From contig NIVC01003537.1 in NCBI GenBank assembly GCA_002269645.1, forward strand, positions 28,252 through 92,251: a DNA stretch of 64,000 bases, given 5' to 3'. This DNA is from Macrostomum lignano (lineage: Eukaryota). Position numbers and translations under genes: made by a program. Shown in pieces: positions 39,345-53,300 of this stretch (the stretch's first letter is position 1; the number at the start of each line of letters is the position of its first letter). The notes beneath the pieces were generated by a model. It was given only the letters and a program-made list of their open reading frames with translations, did not search any database and was not told the origin of the DNA.

Positions 39345-39840
39345 AGGAGAGAATTGAGATAGAGAGGAGAGGCAGGGTGGGGAGAGAGGCAGAGGGGTGG
39401 GGAGAGGCGGAGGGGTGGGGAGAGGCAGAGGGGGGGAGAGCAGAGGGGTGGGGGAGAGGCAGAGGGGTGGGGAGAGAGGCAGAGGGCGGAGGAGAGGCAG
39501 AGGGGTGGGGGAGAGGCAGAGGGCGGGGGAGAGGCAGAGGGCGGAGGGAGAGGCAGAGGGTGGGGAGAGAGGCAGAGGGGTGGGGGAGAGGCAGAGGGGT
39601 GGGGAGAGGCAGAGGGGTGGGGAGAGACAGAGGGTGGGGAGAGACAGAGGGGTGGGGAGAGGCAGAGGGGTGGGGAGAGACAGAGGGTGGGGGAGAGACA
39701 GAGGGGTGGGGGAGAGGCAGAGGGGTGGGGAGAGGCAGAGGGGTGGGGAGAGAGGCAGAGGGGCAGAGGGAGAGGCAGAGGGGTGGGGGAGAGACAGAGG
39801 GGTGGGAGAGAGGCAGAGGAGAGGCAGAGGCAAGAGAGGG
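39345..39840. repeat. G-rich ~19-20 bp minisatellite (GGGGTGGGGGAGAGGCAGA)
   Basis: Visible purine-rich tandem units. Confidence 0.92.
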
Positions 39841-40179
39841 GTCAGAACTGCAGGCAGTAAAATTCGGTACAAAAGCTCCATAAATAATGATAATATGATG
39901 AAACACACGCATGCAATACAGAAGCCAGTAAAAATCAAGCAAGGACACTGGACGCCAGACAGGGGCAGCAGTTATCTTAGACGCACAAGCAAATACAGCG
40001 CGAGATCTGCGGAGCTGAAAAACTGAATACTTTTCTGGTTTATAAATTATCTTCGAAATTTTCATAAAAATATTCAATACAGCAAATTGTGGTTTGAAGC
40101 TTTTAAAAATGGTTTATCTGTGATTCGTTGTCAGATTAGGGCGCCGAAATTTGGTGTATTGGGGCGCCAATCCATTGAG

Positions 40180-41175
40180 TGTCAGATATGGCGCCAATTA
40201 TCTAAATGTGTCAGATATGGCGCCGATCATTTCAATGTGTCAGATAGGGCGCCGATTATCTCAATGTGTCAGATAGGGCGCCATTATCTCAATGTGTCAG
40301 AAAAGGGCGCCGATGATCTCAATGTGTCAGATAGGGCGCCGATTATCTCAATGTGTCAGATAAGGGGCGCTGAGTATCTAAATGTGTCAGATATGGCGCC
40401 GATTATCTCAATGTGTCAGATATGGCGCCGATTATCTAAATGTGTCAGATATGCCGATTATCTCAATGTGTCAGATAGGGCGCCGAGTATCTCAATGTGT
40501 CAGATAGGGCGCCGATTATCTCAATGTGTCAGCTAGGGGCGCCGATTATCTCAATGTGTCAGACACGGCGCCGAGTATCTCAATGTGTCAGATAGGCGCG
40601 AGTATCTCAATGTGTCAGCTAGGCGCCGATTATCTCAATGTGTCAGACAGGGCGCCGAGTATCTCAATGTGTCAGACAGGGCGCCGATTATCTCAATGTG
40701 TCAGCTAGGGGCGCCGATTATCTCAATGTGTCAGACACGGCGCGAGTATCTCAATGTGTCAGATAGGGCGCCGAGTATCTCAATGTGTCAGCTAGGGGCG
40801 CCGATTATCTCAATGTGTCAGACAGGGCGCCGAGTATCTCAATGTGTCAGATAGGGCGCCGATTATCTCAATGTGTCAGCTAGGGCGCCGATTATCTCAA
40901 TGTGTCAGACAGGCGCCGAGTATCTCAATGTGTCAGATAGGGCGCCGAGTATCTCAATGTGTCAGCTAGGGGCGCCGATTATCTCAATGTGTCAGACAGG
41001 GCGCCGAGTATCTCAATGTCAGACAGGGCGCCGATTATCTCAATGTGTCAGCTAGGGGCGCCGATTATCTCAATGTGTCAGACAGGGCGCCGAGTATCTC
41101 AATGTGTCAGATATGACGTTGATTAATTGGGGAGTCAGATATGGCGCCAACCAATTAGGGCAGATAGGGGCGCCA
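40180..41175. repeat. ~30-bp minisatellite (GGGCGCCGATTATCTCAATGTGTCAGATA)
   Basis: Visible tandem units starting ~60 nt beyond the GRAF stop codon. Confidence 0.93.
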
Positions 41176-41237
41176 AAAAAGCCATTAAATCCAAAACTAG
41201 AGATCGATTCATCAGTAAAACAAAACACACACACGGA

Positions 41238-44200
41238 TCACTGCAGGATCTGAATATAGTTGCTGGGGATTATCCCAGAGCGGCCGTTGATCATCCCGAA
41301 GCACCAGCCATCCACGCGGGCGATCCGCTGCACATCGTACACCAGCTCGTTGGCTTCGAACGACAGCTCGGCTGGCGAGTCACCGGTGCAAGCGTACAGG
41401 GTTCGGGCGCAACGCTTCGGGCCTTCCAAGTTCATGCCGAGCTGAGACACAAGGCCGCTGCTGTTGTTATTGCCAATGCTGTAGCCTAATAGATTTGTTC
41501 CTTGCCCCGAGCCTTTCTTTGAACCTTTCCTTGCTTCCATAGGAGAAGCCAGAGGAGGAGCAGCGGCAGTAGATGAAGCAGAAAAAGAAGACCGATTGGA
41601 AGCGTCAATCGGAGAGGCGCATAGAAACCGGTCGGGATGCTGCATCAGAGCCAAGACCAGATACCGGCCAGCAATCGCGCAGGCCTGCATGCTCTGCAGG
41701 TTGACCTGCTGAGGCCAGCACAGCGTGGGAGCGAACACGATGGCCACATTAGCCGGTGTCATTTTGTTCACCTCCGACCGGTCGGTCAACCGGCCGAAAT
41801 GCGACATCAGCGACTGGAGTAGGCGGCGGTTTTGCTGCGGCAGGCTGGAGTCCATCTCGCTGCGTAGTTGATCAATGGTATCGGGCGATTCCACCAGGGC
41901 GGAGGCCTCGGCCCCAGTCGCTGACAGCAACTGCAGGAGGCGCTCAACTACTGCGTAAGTCATGAGGGGCTCCGGTAGCTGCTTCAGGTAGCGCTTCACA
42001 CTGCTGCTCAGGACCCGGACATCCACCTGGTCGAGCTGGGTTGGTGGGTGGGGAAATGAGGATGAGGCTTAAAAGAGCTGAGAAGCTGACAGCAGTTGGG
42101 AAAATCTCGAATCTTAATCCCAAAACCTAGATCTAGAATCGCATTTCCCAAACACAGAATCCAAGATCCCAAATCTCGAATAACTATTTTCAAGTTACAC
42201 GATGTAAGCGTAAAAATTCGTTTTGTATGTCTGTTTTGTTCACATTTTTCTTCTTAGTGAACAAAATCAAATTAGACATGTTTTACACCACTGCATGTCC
42301 AGAGCACATCTGAGACAACTTTGGTAGAAAATTCCTTTCATTTTTTATTGTGCGTCACCAGAGTAAGATAATTAAGATGAATGCACACTAATTTCAGTCT
42401 TTAAGGATTTCTTTAAATAAATATTATTCACATGGACATTTAGTTGGCACTGTGACCTGTGACTATTTTACCAGATATTTTCCTGCATGCAGCTTGGTAA
42501 AAACATAAGTTTAACAAAGCCAAAAAAGTTTTAGTAGCGATTTGATTTCCTATTGTTTTTTTCATATTGTTTTGTTTTGCAATTTAGTGTGCAATTGGAA
42601 AAGGATTCCCAAGTTGGAAACCATTCTGATCAAGTGACGTTTTCTACCATCAACACCAACGAAAGCTTGTTGTCTAAATGGTCAGTGCATGAGGCTGGTA
42701 GTCTGAAATTCCAAGACAAGTTCCTATCGGGAAGTGTTTTTATCATCTGTTTATTTTGGTACATCAAAGCTGGAAAGTTCCAACAAATTTATTCAACCCT
42801 CAAGTGTAATTTGCGAAGTTCGTGAAGATTTATAGCCGGCAGGAAATTCTGGCTATAACTCTTGCGACTACTGTACAAGCCCAGGCTTCTACACCATCAG
42901 GTCGCGAAAACAGTAGTTTTTTTCCTGAAGTTCAAGTCGTATAAACCAAAAGCATCACCAAGAATTCGGCTGTCCACATTAGAGGAGCTTTCCCTCGACA
43001 TGACGCGTAGTTTTTCATGCATGTGATCTACAGAGGCTGTGGACTAGAACTGCTTATGCATTTGTTGTGTGGAAATAAGTACCTTTATATTGGAAGCGCC
43101 AGTCAGCGGGAGATCACTTGTTCGGTCCGCAGAATTGGCAGGCACACCGTTCGACTTCCAGTGGAAACCCAATTAAATGTATTTAACACCTTAGGTAGTG
43201 GAAGGCCACCGAACTGCGGCAGTTTTGCCTTTACCTAATACCTTTAATGCTCATTCGATTTTGCTCCCATACCAAGCCAAAATTGACCTATTGCTATGCT
43301 TCCATCTTATCTCCATTTTGCTTTACTGTGAGAATGTCATTGAACAGTATATGACAGCATTTTACAGTATCTCGGAGATGCCGACTTTTTATTGATCTTG
43401 TCGGCTCTTCGTGCATAGTCTCCAGCATCTTATTCAAGATTATATTGTGTACGAAAGTGTGGAAAATTTCTCCGCTTTTCAGTTTATAAGAAATTTAATC
43501 GTTTCATGAAACGCTCAGTGCGATCTGAAAACCGCCCATTGCAACAATTGGCTGACAGAACGGAGGAAACAGGACCCTGTATGGGCTAGCACTACCACGT
43601 GACGGTCAACCCTAGTAATAAGCAAGGAGTTTTGCGCGGCACTTTTCCAAACATGCTCTTCTTTCAAGAGGATTAGAAAAGAACAAACAAATTTTCTCCG
43701 AACTGAAGCACTGCAATGTCTTCTTGAGTTGGCTTGAATTGCGGGAGGAAGATGGCATGCGAGTTAGTGAGCATCTTGTGTCAGACTATATCTGGAGTTG
43801 AGGAAACTCGAGTTATTTTATAGTCAGCCAATTTGCTCGTCAGAGTAGGTAGGTATCTACAAGCTCAGACATCTCTATGTCGCTCTTCAAAGTGTGCCAG
43901 GTGGACGAGGTTTTGTCAAACTGATGGTTTGAACACCCTAGAAGTACAGAAGCAGGAGCCGACATTTGCTATGCTGTGACCCCCCCTCTACACCATATTC
44001 GTAACATAACAAGGTAAGGCTACGAGGACTCGTATCATAGACATAGTTGGCAAGATTTTAGAAATTGTCACTTTTATTACGCTGCTTTATATAGCTAAAG
44101 TAATTTTGCTACTGTACTCGTAATATCTAAATTCCACGTATTCGCTAATGAAATTACCTTAGTTTTAGGTCAATAATTTTTTATGTGTTTCAGTCGTTTT

Positions 44201-47200
44201 TCTCTTGTTCAATTCGGGATCGAGGGCGGCACTGTTATAATTTCCTGGAAGTGACTAGAGCATCAATGGACAACAACTTCACGCATCCGGTACCCACCAG
44301 AACACCAAAATCGGATCACTGTGCTTTAAGCATAGAAAACCAGATGAGAAAAAATGTTTAATGGCGGCCAGCCTCGGTATCGGATAGCGAGACGCAGGTG
44401 CTCAAAGAAAACGCCAACCTCCAAGTCGACTGCACCTGGAGAGCATCGATGCTGAACAGCAAAATAAACCAGCCAAGAAGACGTCCAGTAAATTTAAGAC
44501 GCCTCTTGGCGCTTCGCTGTCACAGTTTTTAACATCGACGCCTAACAGAGCCGACGGTAGCAGCAGTGCGAAGATCTCAGGCGCCCTTTGGAGCCCGTTC
44601 TTTCACCATGGCACTGCCTGGACAAACAAGTGTCCATCGCGGTCGACAAGACGTCTTCATCTGGACCGACGGATCTACCCGCCCGGACGGTACCGCGTCA
44701 GGAATGGGAGCCATCATTACCTCGGACCCCTTAGGGCTTTGAGACGAGGTCTGCGTACCGGCCGGCCTCTGGAATAGCAGCACCAACGCTGAACTCATCG
44801 CTATCGAGGCGAGGCGGCCCTTACCCGCCTGGCCGAGATCCTCCTTGATGGCGGTAGTCCAACTGTTACCGTTAGGCTTTGCCCGGATTCCCGCGCCGGC
44901 CTCCAGACGATATTGCGCGGTCCGACTGTCGCGGCGGAAGACGTCACTCAACGTGTCTGGGCCATTATTGCTGCTCTGCCGAGCGACCGTAATATTCATT
45001 TGCAATTGGTGCCAGGCCATGCAAACCTCCCCGGAAACGAAGCGGCCGATGAGATGGCTGGGAAAGCAACCGAGGCTCAGCAGCAGCCGACCATCGTAAC
45101 CCCAGCCGCCGCTAAGACAGCTATCAACCACGTTCTACAAGGCTGGCGCAAAAAGCGAGACTGCATGCACCCATTTCCGAGTCCCACACCTGGCCATGAG
45201 GATCTGCCGAGATGGGGCCAGGTTACGATCAGCCAGCTGAGGACCCGCAAATCACCGCTAAAGCGCGACACGCTCCACCGGTTCGGCCTCACCCCCGACG
45301 ACCGCTGCACTACCTGCGGGGAGCCGGACTCGGTCGAACACCTTCTACTGACCTGCCCAGGCCACCACCAGGCTCGCATCCGCACCTGGGGTGGAATCGT
45401 CATCAACTGGGACACCGTGCTTGGAGGCGAGGGCAGCCTCGTCTGTGACTACCTGCGAAGGGTGGGCAGCCAGGAACCGCCTATCGACGTCCCAGGCGGC
45501 AGAGCGGCAACAGAGTCTCGATCTCGGATCCAGGAAGATCAAGTCGGAGGCGACAGGAATGCTTCGGCAACAGAGTCTCGATCTCGGATCCAGGAAGATC
45601 AAGTCGGAGCGACAGGAATGCTTCGGCAACAGAGTCTCGATCTCGGATCCAGGAAGATCAAGTCGGAGCGACAGGAATGCTTCGGCAACAGAGTCTCGAT
45701 CTCGGATCCAGGAAGATCAAGTCGGAGCGACAGGAATGCTTCGGCAACAGAGTCTCGATCTCGGATCCAGGAAGATCAAGTCGGAGCGACAGGAATGCTT
45801 CATCAACAGAGTCTCTACATCGATTCGACAGGAGCTATAACATAGGCGGCGCATTCGCAGTCCTCCAGTGCGGAGTCTAATGCACATAAACTTAAAACTG
45901 TATGCCCAGTGCTATTTAAATCGAGTGTTTTTGGATTCATTTGGTTAATCCACTGGTGTATTAGTTTATCCATTAGTCTGGACGATTAGCAAGCAAGGGA
46001 AGTCAGAAGTCTGACGTGCCCAACCTTACGCCTTACTTGCCGCTGCGCTCACACAAGGATACACTTCAATCGAGAAGACACCTGGAGAAAATATTGCACT
46101 CCAGAGTGAATTGGAAAGTATTCCCATCAAATGATTCTGGATAGAACTCTGGTCAAGCTCAAGCTGCTCGTTCTGGGCCTCCTATTGCATCACCGGGCAG
46201 ACAAATGACAAACATCGTTTTCAACTGGTTTTCAGACGTTTTGAAGACCAGCAGGCTGCTCAAGGGCAAGATAAGGACTAAGAAGAGCGTTGCAGGATTC
46301 ATCGGTGATCGACGTAATGACGCACTTCAAGCCTGAAGACGAAGTGCAGAGGGCGATCGGATTTGAGACGTAACGTCGACTGGACGTCCAATTAGAACTT
46401 TCATGTAGTCCAGCGGACGTCCGATTCCTATACGGGCCGGATCCTGAATTTCAAATCCTTGATCCCAACTCTCGAATCCCAGATCCCAACTCTCGAATCC
46501 CAGATCCCAACTCTCGAATCCCAGATCCCAACTCTCGAATCCCAGATCCCAACTCTCGAATCCCAGATCCCAACTCTAGAATCCCAGATCCCAACTCTCG
46601 AATCCCAGATCTCAACTCTCGAATCCCAGATCCCAACTCCCGAATCCCAGATCCCAACTCTCGAATCCCAGATCTCAACTCTCGAATCCCAGATCCCAAC
46701 TCCCGAATCCCAGATCCCAACTCTCGAATCCCAGATCTCAACTCTCGAATCCCAGATCCCAACTCCCGAATCCTAGATCCCAACTCTCGAATCCCAGATC
46801 CCAACTCTCGAATCCCCTTTCCTCACCGATTGCACGGGCGCCATCCCATCCGGCCGGCCCATGATGAAGCCGCGCACAAACTCCTCCACCAGCTTGCTGC
46901 GGCCCTCCACCCGGTACAGGCCCTCCTCATCCAGGCAGCGTCTGTCCAGTTCGGCCAGACAGGCTTCGAATTGCTGGGCCTCGAACTCGGTGGGTCGCTG
47001 ACGGCTTTCGTCGGCTTCGGAGGCCTCCTCGGCTGAAGCTGGCTCGCCGCGCAGAGACTGAGTCCAGCATTTGAACTCGCTGTTTGAGTAGGCCTGCGTC
47101 AGATGGAAGGTGAGGTTATCAAAATCTGATTGCAATACTTAAAACACCAAAATCGTTATTTCTGATTCCTAAGGCGCCAATTCCTAGACTTCAATCTCAT

Positions 47201-49436
47201 ATCCTGATACATAAAATCCCAAATCCCGATCTCTAAGACTCCCCGATCCCAATTCCCAATCCTTAAAAATCCCAGATCCTAATCAAAAAAAATTTTAGAT
47301 CCCAATCAACAAAAACCCCAGATCCCAATCTCCAAAAATTTCAGATACCAATCCCGAAAAATCCCAGATCCCAATCTTTAAGAATCCAGATTCCAATCCT
47401 AAATAATCCGTGATTCTAGTCCTTCGATCCCAGATCCCAATTCTAAGAAATCCCATATCCCAATATTCCAAACCTTACAAAATCCCAGATCCCAATCCTC
47501 AAAAATCCCAGATCCCAATCCTCAAAAATCCCAGATCCCAATCCTCAAAAATCCCAGATCCCAATCCTGAAGAAATCACAGATCCCAATCCCGAAAAATC
47601 CTGATTTCAATCCTTAAAAAATCCCAAATCCCAATCCCCAGATCCCAACACTCGGCTGCGAGCCCCACCTGCAGCAGCAGAGTCCTAGTCGAGTCGTTAA
47701 TCTCAACTTCAAACAGAAATCGCCGATCCACCTCGCTGTTGGGCGGCACTCCCACGGCAACCACCACGCCGCCAAGTCCCGAATCGCTGGGCGAAGATGA
47801 AGAATCAGTGCGGCCGGGATTCGCAGGCGAGAATGGCTGCAGAGTTAGCAACCGTTTCTGCCGATTAAAAGTGCAAAAGCAACGCTGCCAATTGTTTGGC
47901 GCAACGCTGAGCTTCTTCTGTGACAGCAGCAACAGGTAGCCTTCCAGCGTCTCCTGATGGTTGCCACGGCGACGCCAAGCGCCCATGTCCAGCAGCTTCT
48001 GTCGGTTCTCATCCAGCTCCTTCTCAGCAACTCCAATGCCTTCATTATAATTGGCAACCGACTCATTTGTGGCTTGCATGTTTTTCTCCCTCTCCACCAG
48101 GTTGTCGTTGCACTCCTGATAGAAACACTTCCACACGCTCTGCAGGGTGGCCAGCACTTCAAAGAATCGAACTTTATTCTTGGCCTGCTCGCACTGCAGA
48201 GTCTTCACGTAAGCATAAGTGCGATTGAAATAGCAGATCCTCTCCGCCTCGGCGTCCTTGTCTATTGCTGACCAATTCCTGGGCTCCGAGTTTTTACCAG
48301 TCTGCTGCTTCAGACTGAGCATTCGCTCTTGGCTGTGGTAGAACTTCTTAGTTTCCTCGTAGTACACGCGGCGGGTTTCGCTGAGGAATTCGCGAATCTT
48401 CATCCTCTGCTGGGTCAGTACCTGCGGAGGGGTTGACGGGGGCCTTGGTTTTAATAATGATTATTAATTATTGTCAGGTGCCATCTTTAGCAGCGCCAGT
48501 TCTGACACCCGATATTGGCGCCAACTTTGACACCCGGTATTGGCGCCAACTCTGACACCCGATATTGGCGCCAACTCTGACACCCAATATTGGCGCCATT
48601 TCTAACACCCGGTATTGGCGCCAACTCTGACACCCGGTATTGGCGCCAACTCTGACACCTTATTGGCCCAACTATGATAATTAATATTGGCGCCAATTCT
48701 GATAATTAATATTGGCGCCAACTATGATACGAGTAATTAATATTAGCGCCAACTCTGATAATTAATATTAGCGCCAACTCTGATAATTAATATTGGCCCA
48801 ACTCTGATAATTAATATTGGCCCAACTATGATAATTAATATTAGCGCCAACTCTGATAATTAATATTGGCCCAACTATGATAATTAATATTGACGCCAAC
48901 TCTAAAAATATTTTTGGCGCCAACTCTGACACTAAATATTAGCGCCAATTCTGACACTTATTATTAACGCTAATTCTATAAAACTAGTCTTATAGTTTAA
49001 CAGATAAGCAATAAGCTACAACACACCCATATAACAATCAAACAACAAAATCAATCACCTTAAGAAAGGACTCCTGAGAAATATCAAGCCAACGCATTCT
49101 TGCATCCTCAATGTAGCGCAGATCCTTAGCAAATTGTGAAGCAAACTTGGCCATATCTCGCTCAGCTTTGCTTAGATTGGCGGATTGCGCCTGAGCTGAT
49201 GAGCTGTCAGTCTGGAACTGCTGCTGCTGCTGCTCAGGGCCAAGCTTCTGAATAGACAGGGAGAATGCCACTAAAGCTTCATTATAAGCTCTGCCAGTCT
49301 CCTGTACGCGTTTGAAACTGTCAATCACAGATTTCATTGTTTTGACTGATTCCTCAAGTTGGCGCTCCTGATCCAGCAGAGCGTAGCGAAAGTCTGGGCT
49401 ATCGATAGCACAAGAGTTGTAGTCAATTGAGGGCAT
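41238..49436 (-). CDS. ARHGAP26: GRAF/oligophrenin-family RhoGAP (BAR-PH-RhoGAP-SH3), ~728 aa, 4 exons
   Basis: Exons 49436-49059, 48421-47669, 47093-46827 and 42026-41238 all join in phase 0 (2187 nt). BAR start IDYNSCAIDSPDFR, PH LEGYLLLL..NWQRCFC..DRRFLFEV, arginine finger EEGLYRVEG, NKMTPANVAIVFAPTL, and a C-terminal SH3 ARTLYAC..ELSFEAN..GIIPSNYI. Confidence 0.93.
44600..45500 (+). mobile_element. 5'-truncated non-LTR retrotransposon 3' end (RNase H + CCHC finger) in GRAF intron 3
   Basis: VFIWTDGS (~44655), STNAELIAIE, IHLQLVPGHANLPGNEAADEMA and QLRT...RCTTCGEPDSVEHLLLTCP. It is frameshifted upstream of 44913 and lies antisense to the host gene. Confidence 0.85.
45506..45815. repeat. 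59-bp tandem repeat (~5 copies) at the LINE 3' end
   Basis: GGCAACAGAGTCTCGATCTCGGATCCAGGAAGATCAAGTCGGAGCGACAGGAATGCTTC repeated. The first unit is 60 bp. Confidence 0.92.
46455..46815. repeat. 21-bp minisatellite (ATCCCAGATCCCAACTCTCGA) at the GRAF intron 3 donor end
   Basis: Visible. It begins ~10 nt inside the intron. Confidence 0.95.
47205..47650. repeat. Degenerate AAAATCCCAGATCCCAATC minisatellite filling GRAF intron 2
   Basis: Visible. It shares ATCCCAGATCCCAA with the 46.5 kb array. Confidence 0.88.
48490..48960. repeat. Minisatellite (ATTGGCGCCAACTCTGACACC / ATAATTAATATT variants) filling GRAF intron 1
   Basis: Visible tandem units. Confidence 0.9.
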
Positions 49437-50129
49437 TGTGACCGTTGGTTTTTTTTAAACTGAAATTTGAGCAAAGTTGCGTTACACATCAATCTACAAT
49501 TGCTAGTAATATTTTAACATTTCAATTTAGCCATGGTTATTTTAGCCTAGTAGATATTCTATAACTAAAATCCCCTAGGCATAAATAATTGCAATATAAA
49601 TGATAGCTAAAACTATGAATAAGTCATTTACATTGTTATGATTTATGAAGTATAATCTGTACTTTAGCCTAGGCTTGGTAACATTAATTTACTCATTTAA
49701 TAGAATTGCTTATTGTATTAATAATATATAAAAAGTATATACAAAGCTTTGTTTCTTATATTTTAGACTATTAATATAACATTAAATGCATTGTTAACAT
49801 TAAAAGCAAAAGATAAAATTTACAAAGGATTATTGTACTAAGGATATTGTAAAGTTTTCTAGAATAATATTTACTTTATACATAATTTTGGTTAAATTGG
49901 TTTAAACTAAAATTATATTTGGTTTAACCATTAACAACTTTTGAGTTAAAAATTTTAGACAGCCTTAAGAATATGCAAGTGGCAAAATAATTAGAAAGAT
50001 GTCAGAGGTCTTTGCAAAAACAAGCTATATGTAATTTACTCAAAAATTTTATTCCATTTTTGTTGGCTCCCCTATAGGGGGTGCCAATTGCTAGTAATAT
50101 ACCATATATTGGCTATAAAAGTTGCAGTT

Positions 50130-50340
50130 TGCACTTCAACCCTGGATGAACCAAGATCTGGGAGACCCTAAGTGTAGACTGAGAGCACATCAAGCTCATC
50201 TGTGGTCTGCTGGGAATGGATCCATAATGGATGTCTAAAGAAATAGCAGACCCTAGGAATATTATTTCATCCAGCATCTACCAAATACTCACAGAGGACC
50301 TGGGGTTGCCAGAATCAATGCCTAAACAAGCTCTTCAATG
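50130..50340 (+). mobile_element. Highly decayed mariner fragment
   Basis: LDEPRSGRP (~50142) and SSIYQILTEDLGL (~50270) match the mariner HTH region. Confidence 0.55.
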
Positions 50341-53300
50341 AGATTGTCCAACTTCTAAAACACCTGAGTGATTTGGGTGCTGCAGATGGCATTTATAAGT
50401 TTCCTAAATGCTAGGAATGAGCCATTGCATTCATTCAATCCTATTTGACTAACTGTGAAAAATAAACTATATTAAAATTAGATTTAAAAATTAGAACTAG
50501 ACAACAAAAATTTTGATTTCCAATTTATTTAAATCTAAATTTGCACTTACGTGGTTTGCTTCTATAGTTAGGAAGATGGCTGCCCTTTTTCAGAGAAAAT
50601 TCCAATACAAAAGGGGGTTTGATATATGCCATGCCGGTGCATTGTAGAGAGAAAATTGCAGTGCAGTACAGCGCAAGATAATATTTTCTTTGACTAAAAA
50701 TAAGCATGTAATTTCTTTTTATTTGCATTTTTTGTTTATAAGTATATTGATGGCTTTTTAATTAATATACATTAACATTGCTTTTTATATGAAACAGATT
50801 CAAATACAAAGTTTTACAAGCATTTTTCAAATGGAAAATATTGATTTTTGCATTTTATAAGTTGTAGTACACATCACAGGAAAACTTTTTTGATAGGATT
50901 TGTTCTGGTGCAGGTGTGCCATTAGACTCTAGAAGGTTACATGTATGCTGGAATTTTCTGGCATACCATTGGAGAGTTTGGCTATTTTAGCATACCACTT
51001 TGAGCTTGAGAAAGTTTTGGCAAACTGCAATAATGTTTATTTAGTTTAAATGTTTTTTAAACTAAATGTGCATTTCAATGACAATAAGAGTTTTTTAAAA
51101 ATGTATTTTTATATACAATATTAATAATATTTTTCTAAACAAAAACTTTAAAAAATATTTTATCTATTTAAAATTACTAAAATTGCTCTAGTAATTACAT
51201 TTTTTGCTTTTGTAAGACATTATAGGAAAGATTAGATGTTTAAAAATCTTTTTAGAAAATTTAAAATGTATTACTTTAATAGCATTTTTTATCTTTTAAT
51301 TGTTGCTTGATTGTTGTAATTAAAAAAAAGTTATTTTTTGTTACAACTGCAAGAAAGTGGTATATTATAACAAAAGAGGCATTTTTCCAGCATACCATGC
51401 CACATTATCTAAACACATGAAAAATATGATAATAGTCAAATAGGTTGAGGTTTAAAATTCACTAACTACTGAATTTTTATTCTACTTAACTGCTTAACAA
51501 AACTTGACTTGAATACTCAGCTTAAGTACTTGACTTGACTTGACTTTGACTTGACTTGACCAAAACCTGAGTTTGTCTAGGTACTATGCTCTAGTTGTAC
51601 TAACTTATACTAAACTACAAGTTAGGCTAATATAGTAATATATAGTAATATCACTTGACTAGGCCTACTAATAGTAATTAATACATATGTCTATATATAC
51701 ATATTATAATAATGAATGCATCCTTAGCTATTGTATACCTAAATAAGCCTGGATACCAATGGTAGACCTTGATCCTGATTGGATCCCAACCAATTGTGAG
51801 TCCTAACTTTTATGAATTCATTCTTACTCAATCCTACCTGACTAGATTTTCAATGTTGGTCATTTCCATTACCGAATAACTTGCAAATGGTAACACAAGT
51901 TTACTTTTCCATAAAGCATTCCTTACGCAAGTTACTTTCCTATTTTGGTAACGGAGTAACAGTAAGTTAACTTGAATTTTGGGAAGTATGTTACAGTTAC
52001 TTTGCAACAATTATAATATTTAAATTTAAAACTGATATGCTTAGCTATTATGCTAGTTGTCACATTTTTTTGCATTTGTCATTCCTAAATTCAAAACTAA
52101 GTGAATAGTATTGTATGGTATTATGCTATAATTAATGAAATGTGTTTTTATTTTGTTAATTTTGATAAAATATTTTCACTTATCATTTTCAAGTCAATAA
52201 AAATATTTTGTTTAGTTGTTAGAAACAAACTACCAAAGAAAAAAATGTATCTGTACTCTCCAAAGTTTTTGGTACCTGCCATGCTCAACCCTATCCCCCC
52301 CCAAGCAATTAGGGGGGTGCAGCTGGCTATGCGATTAAGTCCACTGGCATTGCACTGCACAATCTTTTATATTAATGATAATAATTGAAAAAAAAATAAA
52401 TAAAATAAGACTAGTAAAGCAGACTGCAGAGTGCAGTAAAGCCAGGTAGCTATTACGAGCTACATGTTATAACATATAATGTTATTATTGTTATTAAAAA
52501 TTAAAATTGTGTTTTGCTTTTAAAGTTTCTGATACTTCTCTTCTTTTTATGGAAATAGCCTAAAGTCATAGGCAGTGGGAGCTTGCGGCACTAGGGGCAC
52601 ATGCCCCCTAGAAAATTAGTCCACATGGTAATTTTTAGTGCTTTTTCTAATTTTAGGTCCTAATTAGCAGCTTGTAAAGGTACCCGTGCCCCCCCCCCTT
52701 GCCCTGTGCCCAGTGCCCCCTTTAAATAGGCCTATTAGGCTCTACCACCCCTGCCTAAAGTGGTTAAAATTTAATACAGTTACTAAAATTAATGTTGTTG
52801 TATTCTTCCTTCTGGCTTTTTGACCATTTGTGTTATTCTTGACCTGTGCATTTACAATGTTAAGGAAGTAGAAAATTTTGTAAATAACAGGTAATGGAAA
52901 TGAGTAACGGAAGTAACTTAAAGGTTACTGGGTTTTTGTACAAGTACAAAGTTACTAGGCTAACATAAATTACTTTTTAAAAAGTGGTAACTTAAATTAC
53001 AGTAATGCAAGTTACTTTTCTAAGTAGGCCTAACTTGCCCAACACTGTAGATTTTTCCTATCCTAGTTAGGCTCTACCTTTTATACCATTTCTCTATATT
53101 CTATAAGTTATAAAAATATATTTTTAACTAAAATGATATTTCAATCAAGTAAGTTTTAGGTATAATATTTTACCTTAAAATAAAAAATGCTTATTTCAAT
53201 GCTTATTTCAATGCTTTTGGAATTTATAGGGCATTTATAACAATCATCATCTAACTCAACAGGTAATTTTATACAGTTTTTTAAATTTTCATTACAGAAA

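Noticed and set aside
42550-43980. Possible THAP/P-element remnant on the minus strand (MSAPASVLLGCSNHQ; KCCHILFNDILTVK)
   Set aside because: The resemblance is too weak and fragmented to support without a profile search.
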